Shown piece after piece: positions 9,662-18,502 of a stretch of DNA of 39,693 nt. A model generated the notes under the pieces. That model was not told the origin of the DNA. It ran no database searches and saw only the letters and a program-made list of their open reading frames with translations. Numbering within the stretch: position 1 is the first letter of the stretch; each line of letters starts with the position of its first letter. Position numbers and translations under genes: made by a program. This stretch comes from Paramoeba atlantica (Eukaryota > Protista > Discosea), in the NCBI GenBank assembly GCA_977017575.1, contig CDRNVI010000102.1, positions 1-39,693 of the forward strand, given 5' to 3'.

Positions 9662-12600
9662 GCTCCGCTTCTGTATTCTTGTTTAGTTTTAAGTAAGCGG
9701 ACAGACCCATCGATGTAAATGTGTACCTCTTTATCTTTGATGGGAAATGGTTCACTATCTTCTTCCAAAAACTGTAAATCATACAAGCTTTCTTTTTCGA
9801 TCGCGTCTTTGTAAAGGCTTTTCCATTTTGATGTTTTAACGCGAACGTAATCAGGGAGTGGTTCTAATATTTGTTGTAAATTTTCACAGAGTTTTTTCCA
9901 ATGAATGCGGTCTTGAGAGTACACCAGAGCTTCCTCCAGAGTTATCCCCAGATCTCTGATGCATGATTCAGCTGGTGACATGGAGCGCGACGTTTCCTTG
10001 CTTTTCCATTGTATAAGTTCTCTAAACATCGAGGAGTGTCGAAGAATATGTCCTACAAGCTTTGCGCGACTGAAACGGTGTATTGTTGAAAAGCGCGGTG
10101 TACCACAATAAAGAGATTCCAATGGGTAGCAGTGACCAAATTCATCCAGCTTTGCACATTGGCACGCGAATCTACGCATCATGTTTATTTCGACCTCAAT
10201 AGAGCGAATCATGGCATTAGGAATTGTTATTGAAGCTGCTCCAAATGTGAGTATGGGGTAAACGAGACAATTGAACAAGCGTAGTTTCGTATCTGCGTTC
10301 AATGGTGAATCCCAAATTCCTCGTAGTTTGCGGAACGCTGCCCACGTTAGTCGTAATCTATCTTTCACGGATGAGGAAGAATCGGCAGCGTCCTGCATGT
10401 TCCCAAGATACCGGTATTTATCGACATACAGGATTTTCCCAAAAGAAATAGTACGAAGATCGCGAGTTCCGCCAGGAATTTTTCCGAATGCCAACCAAGC
10501 AGTCTTAGTCTGACCAACGGCAATGTGTAGATTAGCCTGTTTTGCCTCATTTGCTGTTGATTCAATCATTTGAGAAAGTTCACGCTTTGTGGAAGCTATC
10601 AGGGCAATATCGTCAGCGTAATTAATGTCCCGCAACCTTACTTCCTTGATCCCCCTGCTTTTGGTTCCGCTGGTTTGAAGAACAATGCCTAAGGGTTTGT
10701 TGTCTAAGGCTCTATATAGAATACGGTCTACAACAAAGACGAAAAGATACGGAGCTAAAACATCACCCTGGAGAATTCCAGTTTCGATCGGAAAAGGATC
10801 CGTGTTCCCATTCGGCGTCCGAACAATTCCCATCAATCCAGTATATATAGACATAATTGTTCGAGTCAGAAGGGGCCCGACGTGAAAAGAATTTAATGCA
10901 GCTCTAATGGCTTGAAAGGAAACTGATGGGAAAGCCTTTGCGAAATCAAGAAAAGCCACAGCAATTCCTGATTTATCTCGTGATGCCCTAGTCTTTGTCT
11001 CGTTAAGCAATAGCTGCGCCCCTGCAGTAGATCGTTCGGGTCGAAATCCGTACTGACTATCCCTTAGCACTGGTTCAATGGAGGGTCGAATGCGCTGTAG
11101 AATCATACTATTCATAAGTTTCGCCACGCTGTTCACCAAGCATATGGGGCGCCAGTTAGAGATTTGAGAGAGATCACCCTTTTTCGGAATAGGAACCTGC
11201 AAAACATTCTTCCAAGAGTCCGGGGCAACCCCCGTTTCGCAAACATTATTAATAAGATCAAGGAGTGTGCTCCGCAATTCACTGTGTTCCACCATAATGC
11301 TTAGTACTTCAGCGGGTATTTCATCTATTCCCGGAGCTTTGTTTCGTGCCAGTCGTGCTACTCCATTCTGAAGCTCTTCCGTTGTAAAGATTTCATCGTT
11401 AATAGGAATGGAAGACTTTCTAACTTCGTCAAAGACAATGCTCGCATTGCCACGATCATCATTTCCTATGCTAGAAAAGAAGTCTCGAACCACTTTTAAG
11501 GTCTCATTCGTTGATGAAGTGTCAATACATAGGGTGTCACGATAGATTCCACATATCCTTCGTAACGTTCGCCAGGGGTTCGCCCTATTAGACCGAAGAC
11601 CCTTTTCTATTTCCGTGCACTCCAGAGAAATTTGCTCTTCAATAGTTTTCCCATGCAATTTAGCGATTTCTTTGAACTGTGCGGGTTTCCTACTTTGCAG
11701 AAAAATATCTCGAAATTTCATCGATCCGTTTGTCTCGCCTGAAGAGTGTACGTTGTCATATGTTACTGCTTCTTTTGTATCATCACTCTTACATATCTTG
11801 TTGCATACACTCTTCATAGTTTCAGAGAGATCACCCCACGTTACAACAGATTCCCGCTGGGTTGCCTCCCACACTTTTGTTTGGAAAGTGGCTCGTTTCG
11901 TGTCATCACGTAGTTTTATCCATGGTATCAAAGATGTGCCGCGAGTGCGCCCCTTCCACCATTTAATTTCTACATCTGCCATAACTACGCAATGTGTGGT
12001 TGGTATCGGTGCCTTTAAAACTTTATGCGCACATAAACTAGAAGAGAACCGATCCCCAACTAAAATATGATCAAGTTGCCTCGTCACTCTATCTCCTTCA
12101 TTTTTCCCTGACTTGAAATCGTCGCCTCCACTGATGGTTTCACTACTCTCTGCAACCTTTGATTTACAGTTATTGAACTTATCACTGGATCCCATCAAAT
12201 CCAAAGATGTATGGCCCTGAATTTTGATATCATCAGACGGTCTCTTTAAGCCTGATTTCCCACCTTTGAGCTCTACTCCTGTTTTCTTTCTACAAGGAAG
12301 TGTGCATGTCCATTTGCGTCGACTAGGGCATAGAGAATGTGCTGATTTGCATCCTATTGTTGCCATAAGACCTTCCAACTTGGAAACAGCAGGTGGGTCC
12401 ATTTTCTTATTGGTTATTAAGGTAAGGGGTGCGTTGAAGCCCCCCATGACCAACAAAGGTCGTCGCCCCACCTTTGTGCCAACCTCACGGCACGCCTTTG
12501 CCACATCCCCCAGAAAGGCCGCATGTGCGGTCTCTGAGGAGTCCCTCGTAGGGGCGTAAACATTAAATAGCGTACCCTTCCCTCCCTCAAGGGAATATTC

Positions 12601-13182
12601 AGCTCCCATAACCCTTCCACTCACCTTCCACACATTTCCTAGTATCCTTCGGCTAACGATAGCCATGCCGTTGTATGAATCCGCGCCTGTGGCAGACTGA
12701 AGGTATACATGAAACCTATGTCCCAAATATTCGACCTTCCTATAAATAATTCCATCCTCGTGAACATCCTTGGAAAATTTATACCTAGTTTCCTGTAAGC
12801 ACATAATGTCGGCCCCCTTTTCTATCATGAAAGAGAATACCTCACAAAGACGAGTGCATCTTCGAAAGGAAAACTCGTCTCCCCCCTCAAGCTTTAGTGT
12901 CGTCACGTTCAGTGTGCTCACGGTCGTGTTTCTCCTCTCAGCGGAACCTCTAGGATTCTCCAATTGGCGTCGAGCATGCATGCCACGCAATGCCCGTGGT
13001 TTATGAGGGCTGTGGCGGGCAGTTCTTCGGACCACTTTTTTAGGATGGCACACCTGCGCGGCACAGAGAACTACACCCGTAGAAGAAAAGGGGGGGAAAG
13101 GGAGAGTTGTGTGCGGACGCTCCTCGTACCGCACGCGGAATGCACCTGAACGACTTTCCGAGGAAAGCAATTCAGGATGCAC
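9658..13182 (-). CDS. Non-LTR retrotransposon polyprotein: APE endonuclease plus reverse transcriptase plus RNase H N-terminus
   Basis: TLNVTTL, CLQETR, NVYAPT, VMGGFN (D>G variant) and LDHIL (APE); NWRPICL, QYGFRP, FLDFAKAF, GILQGDVLAP and YADD (RT); HIYIDGS (RNase H). The annotated start is GTG; the first ATG is at 12981. Confidence 0.93.
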   Translation of the reverse strand: MHPELLSSESRSGAFRVRYEERPHTTLPFPPFSSTGVVLCAAQVCHPKKVVRRTARHSPHKPRALRGMHARRQLENPRGSAERRNTTVSTLNVTTLKLEGGDEFSFRRCTRLCEVFSFMIEKGADIMCLQETRYKFSKDVHEDGIIYRKVEYLGHRFHVYLQSATGADSYNGMAIVSRRILGNVWKVSGRVMGAEYSLEGGKGTLFNVYAPTRDSSETAHAAFLGDVAKACREVGTKVGRRPLLVMGGFNAPLTLITNKKMDPPAVSKLEGLMATIGCKSAHSLCPSRRKWTCTLPCRKKTGVELKGGKSGLKRPSDDIKIQGHTSLDLMGSSDKFNNCKSKVAESSETISGGDDFKSGKNEGDRVTRQLDHILVGDRFSSSLCAHKVLKAPIPTTHCVVMADVEIKWWKGRTRGTSLIPWIKLRDDTKRATFQTKVWEATQRESVVTWGDLSETMKSVCNKICKSDDTKEAVTYDNVHSSGETNGSMKFRDIFLQSRKPAQFKEIAKLHGKTIEEQISLECTEIEKGLRSNRANPWRTLRRICGIYRDTLCIDTSSTNETLKVVRDFFSSIGNDDRGNASIVFDEVRKSSIPINDEIFTTEELQNGVARLARNKAPGIDEIPAEVLSIMVEHSELRSTLLDLINNVCETGVAPDSWKNVLQVPIPKKGDLSQISNWRPICLVNSVAKLMNSMILQRIRPSIEPVLRDSQYGFRPERSTAGAQLLLNETKTRASRDKSGIAVAFLDFAKAFPSVSFQAIRAALNSFHVGPLLTRTIMSIYTGLMGIVRTPNGNTDPFPIETGILQGDVLAPYLFVFVVDRILYRALDNKPLGIVLQTSGTKSRGIKEVRLRDINYADDIALIASTKRELSQMIESTANEAKQANLHIAVGQTKTAWLAFGKIPGGTRDLRTISFGKILYVDKYRYLGNMQDAADSSSSVKDRLRLTWAAFRKLRGIWDSPLNADTKLRLFNCLVYPILTFGAASITIPNAMIRSIEVEINMMRRFACQCAKLDEFGHCYPLESLYCGTPRFSTIHRFSRAKLVGHILRHSSMFRELIQWKSKETSRSMSPAESCIRDLGITLEEALVYSQDRIHWKKLCENLQQILEPLPDYVRVKTSKWKSLYKDAIEKESLYDLQFLEEDSEPFPIKDKEVHIYIDGSVRLLKTKQEYRSGA

Positions 13183-13432
13183 CCCTACAACACTCCACGA
13201 CCAAAGATAAAATTTGCTACAGGTCTCTTATCTCCATACAACACGAAGCGTTGACCCCAAGCGAGTAGTCTTACAGACTGCGCGCACCGCCCGCTGGCGG
13301 AGTTTAGCAAGCTCTTTCCCGACCGGAGGAAGGAAAACAACTCCCCGAACACGCTTGATCCGCAAAAGAGTTTCAACGGACTCTGTCCCCTTCTGCGTGC
13401 CGGAAGCATCCGCCATACTTTTTATAAACGAA

Positions 13433-13575
13433 TTATAAAAAATGTGTTCACTATAAAAAATGTATTCATTATAAAAAATGTGTTCATTATAAAAAATGTG
13501 TTCATTATAAAAAATGTGTTCATTATAAAAAAATGTGTTCATTATAAAAAATGTGTTCATTATAAAAAATGTGTT
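13433..13575. repeat. 18-bp tandem repeat (ttataaaaaatgtgttca), about 8 copies, at the LINE 5' end
   Basis: Directly visible periodicity; absent from the intact target at ~24443-24490. Confidence 0.95.
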
Positions 13576-13825
13576 CTCCTGACCCACCCTCTCTCTGAGA
13601 ATAGCTCTCTCTGAGAATAGTATGACCCTGCTCGTTTTTTTTTCTCTACATATATACAAAATGCAAACCGTGTTTTTGGTGGCCAGCTGGCCACTATTCG
13701 ACGAAGCACAAACCGTGTTTAGGGTGGCCAGCTGGCTACCCTTCCACAACATGGCCAGCTGGCCACTCTTCCACAACACTCTCCCACCCCCGTGGGACTC
13801 ACTCAGTGGACTCACTCAACGTGGG

Positions 13826-14370
13826 TCACTGCCCCACGTGGCAGTGCTCTGACTCTCTCACGTGCCACTGTAGGTACAGTGCCGATGCAGCCACTACCTT
13901 ACGTGGCAGTACTCTCACTCTCTCACGTGCTACTGCAGCTGCACTGCATCACTGCAGTCACTGCCTCACGTGGCATTGCCTCTCACTCTGCCACTGTATC
14001 TACACTGCAATCACTGCCTCACGTGGCAGTACACTTACTCTTTCACGTGCCACTGTATCTACACTGCAGTCGCTGCCTCACGTGACACTACTCTTACTCT
14101 CGCACGTGCCAATGCAGCTGCACTGCGATCACTGCCTCACGTGGCAGTACTCTCACTCTCTCACGTGCTACTGCAGCTACACTTCAGTCACTGCCTCACG
14201 TGGCACTACTCTTACTCTCTCACGTGCCACTGCAGATACACTGCATCACTGCAGTCACTGCCTCACATGGCAGTGCACTTACTCTCTCACGTGCCACTGC
14301 AGCTGCACTGCATCACTGTGCAATCACTGCCTCACGTGGCACTGCTCTCACTCTCTCAAGGGCCACTGTA
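13826..14370. repeat. CACGTG-rich minisatellite (49/58/67-bp variants built on a 9-bp cactgcagt subunit)
   Basis: Unit cacgtggcagtactctcactctctcacgtgctactgcagctgcactgcatcactgcagtcactgcct, about 9 units. Confidence 0.92.
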
Positions 14371-14551
14371 GCTACACACTGTACCACTCGGACCTGCACA
14401 TTATTTTTCTCTCTATATATATACAAAATGCAAACCGTGTTTTTGGTGGCCAGCTGGCCACTTTTTTCAAAAAAAAAAAATCTGAGAAAAGAAATCGTTC
14501 CGAATTTGTTTTTTTCGCGATTTTGAGCATATAATTTTTTTTGTTCAAGAA

Positions 14552-14625
14552 TGTCGATGCCGGGAATCGAACCGCGGACATCCAGCGTCAAAATGGAACC
14601 CCTTTACCAACTGGACTACTCAAAG
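14552..14625 (-). promoter_or_regulatory. tRNA-like A/B-box cassette within element E
   Basis: Reverse complement of 5879-5952. Confidence 0.6.
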
Positions 14626-15147
14626 GACTCTCCTTAGTCAACCAGTTTGTCGTATCGCAGACCTTTGCAGACGCACGTTTTTTTACCAAAAGTGTTCTAC
14701 AATTTGGGAAATGAGGTCGTTGTAGATGATTTTTCGAGTATTAAAGAGTTCATCTAATGAGCTACTGCTACGTTTTAAAATTTTGAAAAAACTCGATCTC
14801 TCGCTTCTTTGAGGGGCATTCATTCAAGTTTTGGAATTAACCTTAGTAAGCGAGTTAGATACTCCGTATCTCCCTCAATAAATCTTACTCCATTATCTTG
14901 GTCCAACTAAGAAGCTCTCCGCGCGGAATCCATCCTCTCGCGTGCGATTTTTTTTTTTGGAACTTTGGATTTTGATGGACATGCTAAACTTCGCCTGCGT
15001 ACTGTGATGAGATTATGTAAAATTCTTCGTCCTGGCGACTGCATCGCGCTGTGCTGGCGATATGCGGGGGCTGCGTAGTATCGGGTTTGGAGGGGGGATG
15101 TCACACATAGAAGTTATGGGTCTCTCTTTCAGCTAGGTCGCTGGCGG

Positions 15148-16661
15148 GTGAAATACTACCGGCGATCGGAAACGCTTCCTTTCACGCCGTATGACCCACG
15201 TATAGTGCTGTGTGGGGTGCGAATTCGGAAACCTCGACGTTCGAATACCCGAAAGAAAGTAAGTAAAAATATGGCACTGTGTGGCAAGCATGCTCTTCGC
15301 GACAACGACCCTGAAGGGTCTGCTGTGAGGAAGTATTTATCTATAGGAACTCTTAATACGACTTCGTTGAAACTTAAGGGCGACGACGTTTTCAGACTGA
15401 AAGCATCCTCCCGATTACATGAAACATTGCGATATATGGCTCAGAAAGATTTGCATGTTCTGGCTTTACAGGAAACAAGATTCTCTTTTACTTCTAGCGC
15501 CAGAGTTATGTCGGTCTATCGCAATATGAGAGGCGTCGTTCGTACACCGTACGGGCTAACGGAAGCTTTCCCCATCACGACAGGAATTCTACAGGGCGAC
15601 GTTCTCGCACCGTACCTCTTTGTTATGGTCCTGGATCGAATATTATTTAAGGCAATAGATTCAAAACCCCACGGCATCTTATTATCATCCAAGGGTAAGA
15701 GGAGCAGAGGGTTACTGGAAACGCGGCTCACTGATCTGAATTATGCTGACGATTTGCTCCTATTTGGGAGCGACAAGGAAGACTCATTTTTCATTCTCCT
15801 TCTGAAGCCTGCATGGGCGATATGGGGATCATGGTTAAACAAGCATTGGTCTATGCAGGGGATCGAAAATATTGGCAGACCCAAGTTGAGAATCTGCAAG
15901 CTAGCCTTGGGCGCAAGAAAACATACGTGAGCTATCGGGGAAAAGGTTGGCATAAGGTTACCTCAACAGCACTTCGGGATACCAATTTATCGGATCTTCA
16001 GTATGCGGAGGAAGGCACCACGCCATTTGTAATCGACGAAGGTGCTTTACATATTTATTCTGGTGCATCGGTGAGTTCTGGGTTTATTGGGAAAATGGAG
16101 CTGGGAATGGTTGAAGTACAATGTGGGAAGGAAGTGTCAAGCTTTGCCATTTGCAAGGAAACTTTAGGCTGCGGCTCTCCGGAGAGGGCGGAACTATATG
16201 CGGCACTAACAGCCATACAAAGGGCACCCCAAGATAGGGAAAGAATCATACTGCATACGGATTCCTGGGTACTTTGGCATTTTGCAAATGCGATTAGAAA
16301 AAAGTATTATTTGATTGGTTTTGAAGGCCTTCCAAATAGCGATATATATTTGGATCTGGAACACGCTTTTCGAGGCTTAGAAGCGCGTAGTGTGCAGCTT
16401 TTTATTTTTAAGGTGAAAGGTCACTGCGGAAATATTTACAACGAGAAGTGCGATTTAATAGCCAAAGCAGCTCTTTCGCGCAACTCTTCGAAGAAAAAGC
16501 GCAAAACCTCCGCCGCGACAAGCGAAGGTCAAAATTCTGATCTCCTTTCCGAGCCTGGCATGCCAGAGGTAGCAAGGACCCCTAACACCAGTGCCAATTG
16601 CCGCCGCGGTAGTCTACGGGACGGGAATCAAACAGCCCAAACAAAGCGTCGCCCCCGCTAG
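15148..16661 (+). pseudogene. Doubly internally deleted non-LTR retrotransposon (APE N-term / RT core / C-term plus RNase H)
   Basis: TLNTTSL...LALQETRF fused in frame to RTPYG...GILQGDVLAP...YADD. A second frame carries SEACMGDMGI..., HIYSGAS (D>G), RAELYAAL, LHTDS and KVKGHCGNIYNEKCD. Confidence 0.87.
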
Positions 16662-16793
16662 AAACCACGAAATGCGGCCACCTACCAGGGCAAGCGAACA
16701 CTGAGCTGTATGCAGTGGGGAATGTATTGGGGGGAAATTTCCACTTGAAAAATAAGTTGTTCGAAAGTGATATGAGGAAATTTAAGAATGAAT

Positions 16794-16997
16794 ACCCAGA
16801 TTGAAAGGGGCGAGGGAGATACGAAGCAACAGGCGTGGAAGATTACCACTGAAAAGAAACGGTATCTCCCTGCACGAAGTTTGTCTCCGAGCTAGCAAGC
16901 GCAAAGGCTTTTCTCGTGCGGAGAGATACCATTTCTTTTCAGTGGTAATCTGCCACGCCTGTTGCTTCGTATCTCCCTCGCCCCTTTCAATCTGGGT
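16794..16997. repeat. Long inverted repeat: 84-bp arms, about 4 differences, 36-nt loop
   Basis: 16794-16877 pairs with 16914-16997 (acccagattgaaaggggcgagggag... / ...ctccctcgcccctttcaatctgggt). Confidence 0.93.
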
Positions 16998-17011
16998 TAT
17001 ACGGCGGGCCC

Positions 17012-17216
17012 TTCGAGGCGGTGCAGACCCGCTGGCGCGGGTGGTGCTTTACCTCGTGACAAGTGATCTTGAAGGAAACAAGCTTCTGAAATCTTTTTTT
17101 TTGAAGGGCCCGCCTTCGAGGCGGTGCAGACCCGCTGGCGCGGGGAGTGCTTTACCTCGTGGCAGGTAATCTTGAAGAAAACAAGCTTCTGAAATCTTTT
17201 TTTTGAGGGGCCCGCC
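17012..17216. repeat. 103-bp tandem duplication
   Basis: ttcgaggcggtgcagacccgctggcgcgg...gggcccgcc occurs at 17012 and 17115. Confidence 0.9.
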
Positions 17217-17305
17217 CGGCTAACATTTTGCCTCTGGGAGGTCTATGTTCGATTCTACTTACGTCTTGTTTATGTTAAGCATTGAGCCCTTTATGTTGTA
17301 CTTTA

Positions 17306-17735
17306 GGGCGGTGCGAGCGTAGTTGTTAGACGGTGGGCCTTACAACCTGCAGGTTGGGAGTTCGATTCCCGCTATCGACAAAACTCGTAACCTGGCGGCC
17401 TCACTAAAAAGGGAAAGCGATCAGGAGTGCCTTCAAGGCCCACACCCAACCCCGCTCACCTGGAGGACCGACCCGGAACCGTCGAGCTGAACCAGGCTCC
17501 AGCGCAGCCGCTAAATTGCGAGCTGCCTACGCAAAGGAGGCTTGAAACACAGCCTACACGATGCAACGGGGTGGACGCCCGTCCTGGTAGCTACGGTTGG
17601 GTAGCCGTGCTCGGGCCGCAAGGCGTCGAGTCCCGTCTTGGAAGGGGGTAGCAAGACGATGAAGGTCGGTGACCTGAGACTCTACCCTAACGGTTGGCGC
17701 TGCAGAGCCCTCTGTGTCTGTGTGTCTGTGTCTTC
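17306..17735 (+). mobile_element. tRNA-Val(TAC)-derived SINE, copy 2, with TSD
   Basis: Intact B-box GTTCGATTCC, (TGTGTC)-like tail, 12-bp TSD with one mismatch: tgttgtacttta (17294-17305) / tgttgtgcttta (17736-17747). Confidence 0.82.
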
Positions 17736-18011
17736 TGTTGTGCTTTAATAATGCAAAAGTGCACCTATGGGCACGTTCACCGGCTCAGTGAGACGGAACC
17801 GAGGTTCCCCCAACACTACCTTACATCAGGTCGTGCATACGGAACATTTCGTTCGTTGACAGTTCTTTATGTATCTCTGCTTGGTTAGCCAACAGGCATT
17901 AAGCTCAGACGCCACGTCAAGGCGAGAGATAATTGTCTGAGGACCCTCTTCTCACGAAGAAGGTATTCAAAATGAATGTGATTTTCGTATCAATTTACTC
18001 TAATTTCTTTT

Positions 18012-18502
18012 CTATTTTCCACTGTACATTTCTTGTTCCACTGTATTTCTTGTTCTTCGCTCTTTTGCCCATACCGCTTCTACCGATTCCCGGCTGACGA
18101 TCCGAGCAAGTTCCGTACGAGACAGTTCAGGAGGTGTTTCGAGACCTGGAGTTGCGCACTGAATCATCCAACGGCAAACGAATAAAGCACAGTCATTGGT
18201 GCCATCATCTTGCACCAAGGTTGAGCCCTGTATAATCTCCCAGCCATGTGCTCCGTGAAAGATATTTTGCGCAACAGTTTGCACATCTAAGAGCACTTCA
18301 ATTCTTCTCCTCGGATTGTGGTTAGGCAGGGAATCGAACCAAAGTAACTTTCCGCCTTCTTTATTTTCATGCGGTACGATAACACATAGAGCGAAGTGTT
18401 GATTGAAAAAGAATGGAACGGCAGTGCGGTCAGCCAAGAAAATTCTTGTTCTTATTTCTGCCGGTAAATCCCCTACTGATGTGGCATATCTCTTAAAAAA
18501 AA
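18012..18502 (-). pseudogene. Ulp1/C48 (SUMO-protease-like) cysteine protease domain
   Basis: PFFFNQHFALCVI (His), LWFDSL (Asp), QDDGTNDCALFVC (Gln/Cys). Removing one T from the T8 run at 18495-18502 fuses it in frame to the upstream helicase segment. Confidence 0.75.

Larger units (their letters stand above)
8886..13574 (-). mobile_element. Near full-length single-ORF non-LTR retrotransposon (APE-RT-RNase H, RTE-like)
   Basis: Long ORF with APE, RT and RNase H motifs. 3' stem-loop (8916-8931) and (TTGGA)4 tail (8888-8907). Flanked by TCTCCTG at 8879-8885 and 13575-13581; the uninterrupted target is seen at ~24443-24490. Confidence 0.88.
13575..14881. mobile_element. Unclassified element E, copy 1 (its left tip lies at 8860-8885, split by the LINE)
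   Basis: Collinear with 24443-26370: 45-bp direct repeats (13651-13695, 14418-14462), palindromes gtggccagctggccac, minisatellite, tRNA-like cassette. Confidence 0.8.

Noticed and set aside
9658-13182. Prokaryotic RT system (retron, group II intron, DGR)
   Set aside because: An N-terminal APE domain, C-terminal RNase H, TSD and tandem tail identify a eukaryotic non-LTR element.
13290-13415. HDV-like ribozyme at the LINE 5' end (GCTAA followed by ACTCC; ggcgga/tccgcc pairing)
   Set aside because: Could not fit P1, P3/L3 and P1.1 in the required order by eye. An RNAbob/RNArobo or Infernal HDV descriptor search would settle it.
13826-14370. CRISPR-like palindromic repeat array (also 24694-25940)
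   Set aside because: Units are contiguous variants of one another with no unique spacers, there are no cas genes, and the context is eukaryotic. It is a minisatellite.
13792-14534. Long Cys/His/Thr-rich ORFs over the minisatellite (also 24745-26217) and the NEHIFY-repeat ORF 13228-13815
   Set aside because: Several frames are open simply because the repeat unit lacks stop codons; no protein-like features.
17645-17690. Kink-turn or box C/D-like motif in the SINE 3' part (gatga...ggtc-ggt-gacc...ctga)
   Set aside because: The canonical stem pairs poorly and copy 1 has aataaa in place of gatgaa.
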